64,000 bases of DNA from Candidatus Marinacidobacterales bacterium. Its GTDB lineage: Bacteria > Acidobacteriota > Vicinamibacteria > Marinacidobacterales > DATDRI01. The notes under the pieces were generated by a model. It searched no databases, was not told the DNA's origin, and saw only the letters and a list, made by a program, of their open reading frames with translations. Of the stretch, positions 10,103-21,476 are shown piece by piece. The stretch's first letter is position 1; every line of letters begins with the position of its first letter. Where the stretch lies: the NCBI GenBank assembly GCA_965219415.1, contig CBDCNP010000002.1:256001-320000 (forward strand). The letters are read 5' to 3'. A program made the position numbers and the translations under genes.

Positions 10103-12037
10103 CACACGAGCTTTCACGATCGCGCCGCGACGAACGACGACCTCCTCTCGATCCCCGGCTCCGGTGAATGCACCCGACGCGACCTCCCCGCCGCTGACAC
10201 GCGGGTCTCGACCGTCGAGCGTGAAGTAGAGTGTGCCCCGGTCGTTGGGGTTGACGACGCCTACGATACTGCCAACCGTGCGCGTCAAAACCTGCGGTGG
10301 ATCGATCGCCGGGTAGTAACCCTCCCTTCGCAAGGCGTCGATGAACTGGTCCACGTTGCCCGTCATTTGCGCCACCACCCTCTCGACCTCCGGGACAAAC
10401 GTATCGTCGCGCGTACGAGTCGGCTCGCCGAAAGGCTTTCTCACATCTCCCCACCGCGCCGACTCGGCAACCACGGCATCCGCGATGAAGTCGGTCAGCG
10501 TCCGCCATCGCGCGATCGCGCTGGCATCCGTCAAGGGCCCGTCGTTGAAACAGTGGACGTAAACACGGTCCGCGAATAGGGTCATGAAGTCGGGATTCCT
10601 TCGAAGCGAATGCCATATCCCGACCATGTCGTCCGCATCGACCTCCTCTGTCGCTCTTGCCCGGAAACGTGGATGAACCGACGCCACTGATGTGCCATCT
10701 CGGGAAGCCCAAATTTCTTCGGCATCCCAAATAAAGAACCTCGCCGGGGCCGGTGGGTTGTTACGATTGCCGGCGTACCAATTGTTTTGTGGCCAATCTC
10801 GCATGCCGGAGTACCAACAAAGAATCAGGTAGTCGGCAAACTCCTCGACATCGATATACTCCTGCAGCTGCCGGTAGCGGGAACGCTTCGCCGCGTCTTC
10901 CACTCTCAGCGGTCCACGCAGATAGTCCCAGCGGGACGAATCGCCTTGAAATGGCCCGTTGTGTTTCACCGAAAAAAAATCGTACATGGCGCCACCGTAG
11001 TAGGTTGCTTGAAACCAAGCGTCCGGCCTCTCAGTGACGTTGTACAAACCCCAGTAGAGGCCGTTTAAGTATAGTTGCACGAAGGTACCGTGCGCGCCGA
11101 TGCCTGACATCGAGATCTGCGTGTCCCGCGCCCATTGGTCGCGCGTGTAAGTGGTGCGACCCGGGTGCCAGCGAGTCGCCCAGGAGCGATCTTTCCCCGA
11201 CCTCAGGACGATGCGATCGAAGGTCTTGGCGGCGGACTTACCGTTGAGGGGCGCATCTCGAAAGATACGCGAGTCCCACTTGCCCGCCCCATACTCGCTC
11301 TGGAACTTTAGCTTCAAAGCGCGTTTGACGGCCGACCAACTGTGACTCTCGAGTCCGACATCGACTTGAGTGCTTTTCTGCGGCTTCTCCGGGTAGATCA
11401 GTTCCATCGAAGCGGCTCGCGTGCTGCCTCGCCCTGTGTCTCCCCAATAGACACCGCTTTGCCGCATATCCAAACCCGCACCATCGGTTTCGACCCAACC
11501 AAACAGATCCTCCCTATCCAAAACGATGGAAATGGTGGGAATGGACAGCAGCCCCGCTCCAATCGCCTTGCTGTACCGCGGATCGGAAACCACGTTCGCA
11601 TCCATCCCGTAGTCGAGGGTGACTTTCTCATCCGACTGATAGCTGGTTCTCACCTTGGGGTGCGGAAATCCGGGCACGCTCGATGGCTGGTTTAGTACGT
11701 CCTCGATAAAGATGTACGTATGCGTGTCCACATTGCTCGAAACCAACCCCTCCTTGTACGCTATGGCTCGAAGAGTCGTGGTTCCTTCCACCGAAACGGT
11801 TACCGGGTTGGCATCACCCAACCCCCCGGTCGAGGTGGGCGCACTTCCGTCGAGCGTGTAGCGAATCCTCGCCCCCGGAGTCTTCGAACGGATCAAGACC
11901 GTGACGGGAGACCAGTAAAAACCGCGGTCGCTGCTGAATTGTGTATCCCGGACCGTTTCTCGCTCCGCCACGCCTTGCCCCATCATCAGGAAGGCAGTGG
12001 CGATTACCGTAAACAGACCGGCCGGGTCGTTTCTCAT
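10043..12037 (-). CDS. Secreted CotH-like kinase with flanking chitobiase/Fn3-like domains
   Basis: Signal-like MRNDPAGLFTVIATAFLMM, IRYTLDGSAP and YFTLDGRDPR repeats, LYLNGLYWGLY..TERPD, DWPQNNW, WDAE, ESARWGD. Confidence 0.85.
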   Translation of the reverse strand: MRNDPAGLFTVIATAFLMMGQGVAERETVRDTQFSSDRGFYWSPVTVLIRSKTPGARIRYTLDGSAPTSTGGLGDANPVTVSVEGTTTLRAIAYKEGLVSSNVDTHTYIFIEDVLNQPSSVPGFPHPKVRTSYQSDEKVTLDYGMDANVVSDPRYSKAIGAGLLSIPTISIVLDREDLFGWVETDGAGLDMRQSGVYWGDTGRGSTRAASMELIYPEKPQKSTQVDVGLESHSWSAVKRALKLKFQSEYGAGKWDSRIFRDAPLNGKSAAKTFDRIVLRSGKDRSWATRWHPGRTTYTRDQWARDTQISMSGIGAHGTFVQLYLNGLYWGLYNVTERPDAWFQATYYGGAMYDFFSVKHNGPFQGDSSRWDYLRGPLRVEDAAKRSRYRQLQEYIDVEEFADYLILCWYSGMRDWPQNNWYAGNRNNPPAPARFFIWDAEEIWASRDGTSVASVHPRFRARATEEVDADDMVGIWHSLRRNPDFMTLFADRVYVHCFNDGPLTDASAIARWRTLTDFIADAVVAESARWGDVRKPFGEPTRTRDDTFVPEVERVVAQMTGNVDQFIDALRREGYYPAIDPPQVLTRTVGSIVGVVNPNDRGTLYFTLDGRDPRVSGGEVASGAFTGAGDREEVVVRRGAIVKARVRTSKAWSALATWPTPSGGR

Positions 12038-12086
12038 AGGCTCACCAATGAGGCTAACATACCGATGGCAGATCGGAGAGAAGGGC

Positions 12087-14227
12087 ATGGACGCTGAGTT
12101 CGAAATCGGTGATTGGCGGGTCGACGTGCCAAGAAACCGGCTCTTCCGCTCTGACCATCCCGAGCACTCGGTGCGAATCGAGCCCAAGGCGATGCAGGTC
12201 TTGGTTTACCTCGCCCAGCACGCCGGAGAGGTCGTCGAGAAAGAAACAGTCGTCAAAGAGGTCTGGGAAGGCGCCTTCGTTACCGACGAGGTCCTAACCA
12301 ATGCGATCTGGGAACTACGCAAAGCTCTAGGGGACGACTCCAAGAGCGCGCGGTTCATACAAACCGTCCCGCGCAAGGGTTACCGGCTGATCGCTAACGT
12401 TCAGAAAAACGCACCATTCGCGCCAACGAGCATCGCCAAAATCTGGTCGCCCGCTATTCTCTGGAGCCTACTCGCGGTCGCGTCCATTCTCATCATCTTC
12501 GCGCTACGTGGTCTACAGCGGACGACGCCGCCGCCAGAGGTCGTTGCGCGCTTTCCGGTCGAGATAGAGGGCAACCTAGGCCCTCTCTACGTGCCAGCCC
12601 TGGCGCTATCGCCGGATGCCTCGAACATCATTTACGTCTCGGCCCCCGAAGATGGAGGTCGCCCCCGGCTATATCGGCGAGCGATGGATCAAATGACTTC
12701 CGCCCCAGTGCCCGGCACGGAAGGGGCTCTCGCACCCTTTCTCTCACCGGATGAAACTGGGTGGGCTTTATCGAGGGCGGCAAGCTCCGAAAAGTAAACC
12801 TCCTTGACGGCGGCCCTCCGATGGACCTCTGCGACATCGGCGCGCCTCGCGGTGCTTGGTGGGGCCCCGATGGCTTCATTTATTACACACCGGGAAGCTC
12901 GGGCGGCCTCCGGCGGATCTCGACGGACGGTGGCGAATCAGAAACCGTGACCGAGCTCGAGGAAACGAATGCGGAATGGACGCATCGCTGGCCTCAGGTG
13001 CTCCCGGGCGGGCAAGCGGTTCTCTTCACTGTCGGCGACGAAGACATGTTCTCCGGTTTCGACGAAGCGAAGATCTACGTGCAGTCCCTCCTGAACGATG
13101 AGCGTCGCTTGTTGATCGAAGGCGGCAGCTTTGCGCGCTACGTGCAGGGTCACATCGTGTACGTGCGCAGTGGTGTCCTGATGGCCGCTCGCTTCGATGC
13201 CGAGCGGCTCGAAATCGTGGGGCGGGCTCGTCCCGTGCTCGAGTGGATCAAATGGTTTCCAATCAACGGCACGGCACAGTTCGCGCTCTCGCACGATGGG
13301 TCCTTGGTCTACGTGCCAGGCGGCCCGGAATGGGAAGAGCCACGTCGACTGGTGTGGGTGAACCGACAAGGCGAGTCCAAACCGGTCACCGACGACACCC
13401 GCCTCTTCTATGACCCGGGGCTCTCTCCGGATGGGCGTAAGATTGCGGTGGCGATCGCGCGCGAGGGCAACACCGATCTTTGGTTGCACGACGTCAAGCG
13501 TGATGCCTTGAGCCGTCTGACTGCGTCGGGAGGTGAAGATCTAGGACCCTTATGGACACCGGACGGCCAGCGCATCGCCTATTACTATTCGATGACCGGA
13601 CCGTTTCAGATTTTCTCGCGAGCCGCGGACGGAAGTGGAGAGCCGCAGAAAATCCACGGCGGCGAAAACAGCCAGCGACCCGAATCTTGGTCCCCTGACG
13701 GCAAAGTGCTCGTCTTTTCGGAAAACGATCCCGAGACGGGCTTCGACATTTGGTCCCTTGCCATGGATGACATCGAGGGTAGTAAGCCGGAGCCAATCAT
13801 CAAGACCACGTTCGATGAACTACACGGAAAGTTATCACCGGACGGTCGTTGGCCGGCCGTACGTCTCGAACGAATCCGGGCACCACGAGGTTTGCGTCAC
13901 ACCATTCCCTGGGCCAGGCGCAAGTGGCAAATTTCGACACACGGCGGAGACAACCCCAATTGGACACGCGGCGGAAGGGAGCTTGTTTACATCGACGGCA
14001 GCAGGATGATGGCGGTATCCATCACCACTCAACCGGAACTGGCAGCTACCAAGCCACGTCTTCTATTCGAATGGCGTCAACCTCCGCGCCTCTTCGAGGG
14101 GCTCTACCGTCGTTATTACGACGTGTCATCCGACGGCGAGACTTTCTTGATGGTACAAGGCGGCGAGCGAGAGACGTCCAAGCAACTACATGTCGTGCTC
14201 CATTGGGGGCAGGAGCTCCAGAACTAA
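12087..14227 (+). CDS. Winged-helix (CadC/OmpR-type) DNA-binding domain, transmembrane helix and TolB-like PD40 propeller; frameshifts near 12760 and 13850-13910
   Basis: EPKAMQVL.YL, VWEG..V..EVL..AI.ELRKALGDD...IQTVPRKGYRL, a hydrophobic segment, repeated SPDG/WTPDG. Divergent from cotH across 49 bp. Confidence 0.85.
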
Positions 14228-14243
14228 CAGACCAACGAGTACG

Positions 14244-16427
14244 CTAGCGACCGTCACCAATCAGCACGAACCCCGCCCAGCAATAAGGATAGCGGCGCGA
14301 CTCCCCAGCACTTCCCCTCGCCATGGCCGCTTGAGCCTTGGACAATGCACCCGCAGCGGTGCTCCCCGACGCCAACTCCTCGTAGAAACGACTCATCAAC
14401 TCACGCGTGGCTCGATCTTCGACCGGCCACAACGTCGCGATCACGGTGCTTGCGCCCGACTCGAGGAAGGCCCGAGCCAAGCCGACGACGCCCTCACCGC
14501 GCTGCGGTATGACGCCCACCGTCTCGCAAGCGGCGAGCGTCACCATAGCGCCCGATCGTAGCGGAAGTTCTAGAACTTCGTAACCCGTCAAGACGCCATC
14601 CTCCGGATCTAGTGGAGCGAGTAGACTCTCCTCAAGCGCCCCCCGCGCACCCGTCAACAAGAGGGAGGACTGAAGTGGAGTCACCGGATCCACGCGCGCA
14701 TGCGTGCCGAAGTGCACGATGTCATAGCTGCCGATCCGACGACGGACCGCGGGCTCATTCGCCTCCTCTCCGATCAAAACATGAGACCCGACGAACCAAT
14801 CTTTCAATTCCCTCGCCTCGATCTCCGCCTCGGCGAGGGGACGTCCGGACGCATTGGGTTTCGCGACCACCAACGCCCGGCCTCTCGAAGTCGCGGATCG
14901 ACGGTCGCGCAAACGCACGAACGCCGATGCGCTAGGTTCCAACACCAGCTCGTGTGACTCGCCCAAGTATCGACTTCGCCCGCCTCCCCGTAGAGCCGCC
15001 CACGGCAACGCAAAGAGAATACCGTCGGGAACGATGACCGTCGTGCGAGCATCCGCCAGTAGTTGCCCCACCGGTTCCAAAAGCATGTACGACAAGTTCC
15101 TCTGCGCATCGGAGTAGAGCTCCGTCCATCCCTCGGTAAGCGGGAAAGACGCGGTCGTGTCGCCGCCAAAGATTCGCACCAGACGATCGAGTTCTCTTTC
15201 GTCTACTTCCTTGACCGACCAGCCGGAGAGTCCCTCGGAGTCGAGGACCAGAGTGGCGAGCCATCGGGACGTTACGGTGTAGTGGATGAGAATTGTTCCT
15301 GGCTCGAGAGCGGCGACGACACGGGATAGGGGCTCAGGCTCCCCCACGCCCGGCAAGATCACGTCAACACTCCCCGCCCCACCGCGCGTAACCAACGCTC
15401 CCGATTCGAGTGAGTCGAGTAAGGCCCGCCCGCGCGAACGCTCCAAGAGCCCGAAGGCCGTTTCTGGATCCCGGCGCTCCGCAAGGTGGACCCAGGCCAG
15501 ATCTTCGTAAATGGATCGTCTGGTGGCTAGGAAGCGAGCTCTTTCTTCCTGCGACGGTGAGCTCGCTCTCAGCGTCTCGATCGTCGCAACCGCAACTTCC
15601 AAGGCTTCGATGGCGGCATCCGTGTCACCCTCGGCGAGTGTCAGCTGCGCCCGGCGGCGCGACGCTTCCGCTCGCTCGAGCTCGGTTCCGAAACCCTGCG
15701 CCAGCTCCTCTGCTTCGGTGATGGCCTCCCGAGCCGCGCCATCCTTTCCGTCGGCGAGATGAAGATCTCCCGCGATGAGGAGTGCCCCCAACGGGCCTGT
15801 ACCGCATCTCGATCGGCCTTGCCGCGAGTCAGCGCCAAGACCTCGCCCACCACGGAAAGGGCCTCTGCCGATTCACCTGTATCCGCCGGCCTCCTCGGCG
15901 TCACCCTTCATCCAAGCCGCGTCGCCCAGGAGGTGAAGCGCGCGCAGTTCGCTCCAGCGGTCGCCAAGCCGTCGTGCAGCGTCCAAGGCGGCCTGTGCAC
16001 GGTGCGCCGCGGCGGCCATCGTTTCGTCCTGATAGGCGGTCTCCGCGTCCTGCAGCAAGACCTCAATCTGCAGGACTTGTTTCGCACCCGAGGCACCACG
16101 CCGCTCATACCATTCGGTGAATCGCACCAGCGACGGATCGCCGAGACGCTCGTCGATCGCTAGAGATAGGCGCTCGGCTTGCTCGAACTCTTCCGTGCCA
16201 TCCCGTTCCCTAGCCACCGCGGCGAGCCCCTTGGTCCACAGTTCTTCGACGACCCGTCGCGCGTCCAGCGGATTCGCTTCAACGAGCCCTTCGAGCTCGC
16301 CGTTCTCCGTCAACGCCTCGCGAAACCGCCGCTCCGTCTCGTCCGTCCGCTCGACGAGTAGCACGAGCCCGGCGACAGACACGCCCCACCCCGTGAGCAA
16401 GAGTAGCGGGAGGACTCGAGAACTCAT
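14244..16427 (-). CDS. CHAT-domain (caspase-like) protease with N-terminal membrane anchor and TPR-like helices; frameshifted at about 15790-15880
   Basis: ERSRGRALLD, IVPDGIL..LPW, VHFGTH (catalytic His), LAACET (catalytic Cys), LWPVED, WAGFVLIG. Confidence 0.85.
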
Positions 16428-16491
16428 TGGACAGGCAGGTTAAGGCAGAGTGCCCCGCTACGGCAAGGGGCTAGACTATGCCGACTTCGAA

Positions 16492-18160
16492 CTAAGAGAC
16501 GGGTGTCTCTTTCTTTTCCTTGAGTGGCCCGTCGCGGAGGGACTTAATGACCTTGAGGGCTTCGATCGAGCGGCGATCGGGGATCATCATCTTGAGAGCC
16601 TTGCGAATCAATGCGTCGGCTTGCGCGGCATGCCCCAGCTTGCCCTCGATCAGACCGGCGTAATAAACGGCCAACCCACATTCGGCGTCTAGCCGCACCG
16701 TTTCACTAAGCGCCACCAGACATTTATCCGAGTCTTCCGGCGCATGGAGGAAGCGACAGTATGCAAGCTCCGCCCGGTACTTGCTGTTTCGGGAATCACA
16801 ATCGTAGGCAAGCTCCAGCTGGTGGAGCGCCTCAGTGTGGAGGCCCCGCCTCATGAGAGCGCGTCCCTTCTTGAATTGCAGCTCGGAATCCAAGAACTCC
16901 TTTCGGAGGGCGGTGCGCGACTCCACCTCTTTCCGCTTATTTTCCAGGAGCCGGTGGCGGCGGGCGATCAGCAAGGTCCGACGTCCCGGGTCGCTGAGCT
17001 CCCCGTAGGCCCGCCCTCCCGCCAGGTATAGATCTTGGACCCTCTCCAGCAGATGAGCGAGTTCGTCATTCAAAAACCTCCACGGCGCGAACTTCCGGGC
17101 GAATTCGATGTATTTCTCCTCGACTACATTAGGAGAAGCAGTCTCGTCCGCCACCCCCAGTAGGTCGAAGGCATCGAGCTCTCGATACCGCAAGTAGATC
17201 TCCATCACCTCGTTGGCGACCCCTTCAGAATCTGCCGCTTCTTCCGTGGTCGAAATCCGCGTCCATGCCGCCGCCGATCGAATCGGCTCGGTGTCGGCCT
17301 CCTCTTCGATCTCCTTGTCGACGTCAGGCGGCACTTCGAGTGGCTGGGTTGCCAAAAGGCGCAGTGTGGATTCCCCCGACGCAGTTTCTTTCCTCTTCTC
17401 TCTCGTCTTTCGGGGGTATCCATTCTTCTGGCCTCACTACGCCGATCACCATGAGCGCATAGAGGAATCGGATGAGCTTCTCATCTGGGATCGGCGACTC
17501 GGCTTCGAGTTCCTCGATCGTTTTGCCATCACGAAGTCGATCGATGAGATCTTTTTGGTCCGGAGTGAGACGGATATCCGCCAACCAATAAGGAGGCCTC
17601 AAATCCAGCGAGAGCTTGACCTCTCTCAATGGATCCATCGTGTCCCGAACCTCGTCTTCCAGAGCGAAACGTGATACTCCCGTGACAATCAGCTGCGCGG
17701 TCTTGATCTTGAAGGGCGACTCGACCTGCTCTGGGCCCTGGAGAACCCGAAAAGTACCGCTCCGCCAAGTGAATACATGGAGCAGTTTCCTTGCAAGAGT
17801 CTGCTGCAGAACACGGAAGAGCTCCGAGGGTGTGATCAGGGCGTGCCCGATGAGGATCTCACCCAAGTGCCGCTCGCCCGAGACGCTCTGGTTCAAGCAG
17901 TGCTGGCGCTGCTCGTCGGTGATCATGTTGCGCTCGACCAAAACTTGACCGAGGGTCTCGTGAAGTAGGTTGGAACGGCATTCCACCGGAACACCCTGCT
18001 CGAGGACGACGACTTTGGTCACCGCATTGCGGGCAAGCTCCAAGACGGCCGAGCGGCGAGTCACCGCCATCGCGTGAAGCAGTACCGCGAAAGGGATCTC
18101 GGTCAGATTCCCTTGCGTCACTCGAGCGATGGTCTCGAGTTGTTCGGGCCTCGGGATCAC
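16492..18160 (-). CDS. DUF4388-like domain, J-like domain and TPR protein (frameshift near 17400)
   Basis: GNLTEIPF..LL, SNL..ETLGQVL, LGEIL, FTWRSGTFR, then FDLLGV...YIEFARKFAPW...AYGELSDP, then TPR-like helices. Confidence 0.7.
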
Positions 18161-18238
18161 CCCTACCCCCCCCTGTCCAAGAAATTTCCCAGAATGTCCG
18201 AAAATGTCCGATCTCTTCGGATCTAGATTCGTTTTAGC

Positions 18239-19673
18239 GAGTCAAGCCCATTCTTAGTTGAAACTCTCCACGGCTCACGTTTAAGCGACCTTCTTCTTCG
18301 ATACGGTTGATGTCTCCGCCTCGATCTTCAGTTCCCGCTTGAGAGCTTCGCGAAACTTGGGAAGATGGCGGTAGCCCACCACCTTCCTCAAGCGCGGTTC
18401 GATGTCTACGAGCGCCGTTGCCAACCAGCGCTGGCGTTGGCTCGAGTTCTTCCAGTGGTCGACCTTCGCGCAGCGTTCCTCGACGAGAGCATTGACGGAC
18501 TCAAGGCAGTTCGTCGTCTTGAACGAACGGCCCAGCACCGCGTGCACGCCGAGTCGATGCAACGTCAGCGTCTCCTCGAGGCCTTCCTCCAGGCTGCCAG
18601 CTGCGGATTGGTTCCGCTCTTCTAACTCACCGTGGAGTTGCTCGAGCGCAGTGAGGGCCTCTTCGTACTCCGGCCTGTTGTAGGCCCACTGGAGCCGCTT
18701 GCGCCATGACGCCTGCTCGCCCTTGGACAGGTAGCTCACTACGTTTTCACGTTTGTGCCACTGGCAGCGTTGTATCAGGGCCCGCTTACGGAATGCCTTC
18801 TTGACTGCCGCTTGGAGACCCTTGCCGCCGTCGATGATCACCAGCAGACCCTGGGAGATATCGAGTCCCCGCTCGAGCAGTGAACGCAGGAACGGCGTCA
18901 ACACCTGCACGTTCTCCGTGTCCGTCTCCACGAAGCCCAAGAAGCGTTTTTCCCCGCAAAGCGTGATGCCCAGAGCCACGACCATCGTTGCCTCGGCGAA
19001 TGTCTTCCCATCCAGAAACAGCGCCACCACATCCTCGCCGGTCAGATCCCGTTCCTGCATCTCCCGCAGCTTCGCAGCGCTCGCTTGCACGAACCCTCGG
19101 GACACCGTTGAGCTCGACAGCCCGATGGCGCCCGGAATCGCTTCCGCTGCCGCCTCGTAGTTGCGACAAGAGATTCCGTAGAGAACTCGTTTCAGCAGAA
19201 GATCATTCACCTCACCGCCGTGGCTCACCGCCTCGTAGCAGCGAAGCGGAATCTCTCCTCCCTCGATGCTCCGAACCCGTGGCACACGGATCGGTACCCG
19301 CTGGCCGCCAAGCCCTACCGTGCCCGGGTTGCTTCCGGGACGGCGACCGCGCTCCAGCTCGTCCTTGCGAGAGTATCGCTCTCCCGCCAACGCCTTCACT
19401 TCGTCGTCGAGCAACTCGTGAACGTGCATTAGACCAAGGGGGACCAACCAACGGATCATCTCTACCTTGGCGTCCAGCGCGAGTTCCCCGTAATCCTCGT
19501 GCCTCACCATCTCGACCTCACCCAAACGACGCGACTTCTTGCGTTTCTTGACCGAACGTAGCAGACTTCCCATCTCGGCTCCTTTCTTCGCGGCTTGATT
19601 TTGTTTTGTCCAACGCCATCAAACCACGGGGTTTGGAACCGTTTCAATTCCCAACTAAGATTGGCACACTTTC
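18239..19673 (-). mobile_element. IS256-family element type A, copy 1
   Basis: Ends gagtcaagcccattcttagttg / caactaagattggcacactttc; 8-bp TSD gttttagc at 18231-18238 and 19674-19681. Confidence 0.93.
18281..19573 (-). CDS. IS256 (Mutator-type) transposase
   Basis: FLDG, IIDGGKGL, QRCQWHKRENV, TTNCLES (DDE triad plus CxxH). Confidence 0.93.
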   Translation of the reverse strand: MGSLLRSVKKRKKSRRLGEVEMVRHEDYGELALDAKVEMIRWLVPLGLMHVHELLDDEVKALAGERYSRKDELERGRRPGSNPGTVGLGGQRVPIRVPRVRSIEGGEIPLRCYEAVSHGGEVNDLLLKRVLYGISCRNYEAAAEAIPGAIGLSSSTVSRGFVQASAAKLREMQERDLTGEDVVALFLDGKTFAEATMVVALGITLCGEKRFLGFVETDTENVQVLTPFLRSLLERGLDISQGLLVIIDGGKGLQAAVKKAFRKRALIQRCQWHKRENVVSYLSKGEQASWRKRLQWAYNRPEYEEALTALEQLHGELEERNQSAAGSLEEGLEETLTLHRLGVHAVLGRSFKTTNCLESVNALVEERCAKVDHWKNSSQRQRWLATALVDIEPRLRKVVGYRHLPKFREALKRELKIEAETSTVSKKKVA

Positions 19674-20031
19674 GTTTTAGCTGGTCGGATTGGTTACTAA
19701 GAGTGTACCAGAAGTAGTGGAATCCCTCCAGCGGCAGGTGCATGACGCCTGAGCCCGCGACCGAACCAAAACCCTGCCAAGTTACTGCGAATCAGACACT
19801 TGTGGTATCGACCAAAAAAGAAGATGAGCCTGAACATCCGATACACGTCGTTTCGTGAAAACCTTTGTTTCTACGAATAGTTAAGCCGGCCGGCTCCGTC
19901 GTGCGCCTATCCTTAATGGAGGTCGTTTGTGGAGCCAGGGGTCCCACCAATGGCAGGCATGTTAGAAAACATCAGGACTTCCGCCATCCAGTTCGCGCTC
20001 GACGACGCCCTCACTCTCTAGGGAGACATGT

Positions 20032-20621
20032 ATGGATGACTCCAATCGGGGTGACGTCACCCAGCTCTTGCTTGCATGGAAGAGTGGAAACAACGAGGCG
20101 TTGGACCAGCTGATTCCCATCGTCTACTCGGAGCTTCGGGGCCTTGCGCGGTTGCAACTTCGGGGGGAGCGTCCAAACCACTCCCTTCAGCCCACGGCGC
20201 TGACTCACGAGGCCTTCCTGCGACTCTTTGGGACTCGTCACGTGGGCTGGCAGAACCGCACACATTTTTTCGCCGTCGCGGCGCAATTGATGAGACGGGT
20301 CCTCGTCGAGCATGCAAGGAAGCGGCGCGCCGCTAAGCGCGGTGCCAGTATCACTCGCATCACGCTCGATGAAGGCGCCGTACGTACCAAGCCCATGGAC
20401 GTGGACACATCGCTCTCCACGACGCGCTCACGGAGCTCGAGGCGCTGGACCCAAGACAGTCTCGGATTGTGGAGCTCAAGTATTTCGGAGGATTGGATAC
20501 AGAAGAGACGGCCGAAGTGCTCGGCATATCCCCAACCACCGTCAAGAGGGAGTGGAGGGTGGCGAAGACCTGGCTCCGGCGGTCCCTCAGCCGCTCCGCG
20601 CGCCTGAGCGAGACCCGCTAA
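20032..20621 (+). CDS. ECF sigma factor (frameshift near 20408)
   Basis: [50 protein letters not shown]. The shifted frame gives [46 protein letters not shown]. Confidence 0.9.
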
Positions 20622-20654
20622 AAGAAAAACCCGAGGACGCATTGCGCCCTCGGG
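20621..20654 (-). terminator. Intrinsic terminator of the DUF2911 gene
   Basis: The minus strand reads cccgagggcgcaatgcgtcctcggg followed by tttttcttt. Confidence 0.7.
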
Positions 20655-20672
20655 CTCATAACTCAGGAAAAG

Positions 20673-21260
20673 CTACTTCGCGGCCTTCACGGGTACGCTC
20701 CAGGCGTCCTCGCCCCAAGCCAGCTTCATCACAGCGCCCTCTCCCTTTTCCTTGAGAGCGATCGTGAACATGTCCACGGTGCTGGACGTCTTGGACTCCG
20801 CCATCGGCACCCGCGCCACCTCGCTGTCACCGATCTCCTTGCTGTACGCGAAATGCGGCCATGGCTCGTCCTTGAGCTCGTCCGGAGCCTCGTCCCAAAT
20901 CTTGCCCAGCGGCTGGCCAACGACCTTGTTGACGGCCAACGCGTACTCGCCGTCGGCGGGACAGTACACATAGAGGGAATACTCACCCGCGGGAACCTTC
21001 GTGTCACCGATGTAGATGTCCCCGGAGGTGGTGAGGGTGGTCACCTGTTCCGACCCGGCTCGCCACATCCGGTCTTCGGGAAGCTTGGAAGTCAGTTCGC
21101 TGAAGCTCCGACCGTTGAGGGAGGGCCGACCATACTCGACAGAGACGCTCTCTCCGCCTCCGCCGACCATCGCCTTGGCGGTCTCCCGCGGAGAAGGTGT
21201 TTGGGCGAACGCTACCGTGGCAATCGCGATAGCGGCTACGCTCGATAAAAGAACACGCAT
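20673..21260 (-). CDS. DUF2911 family exported protein
   Basis: Signal peptide, SPR, VEYGRPS..GR, WRAGS...T, VPAGEYSLY. Confidence 0.85.
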   Translation of the reverse strand: MRVLLSSVAAIAIATVAFAQTPSPRETAKAMVGGGGESVSVEYGRPSLNGRSFSELTSKLPEDRMWRAGSEQVTTLTTSGDIYIGDTKVPAGEYSLYVYCPADGEYALAVNKVVGQPLGKIWDEAPDELKDEPWPHFAYSKEIGDSEVARVPMAESKTSSTVDMFTIALKEKGEGAVMKLAWGEDAWSVPVKAAK

Positions 21261-21476
21261 TTATGAACTCCTTTCATTTCTGAAATCTGTTTTTGAGAAA
21301 AACCGAGGTGTCGGCGCTCCAAGCCCCGGGTCATCGTCCTCATTTCAGACCGGGAGTGCAAATGTAAAGTTGTTCAATTAATTGAATAGGTTACGCGAGG
21401 GGTTCCCCTTGGCGCGGCGGGCGATCTGTTACGGGAGGCTGAACTGAGGTAATCTGGCCCGCATGAGAGGTGTGCC

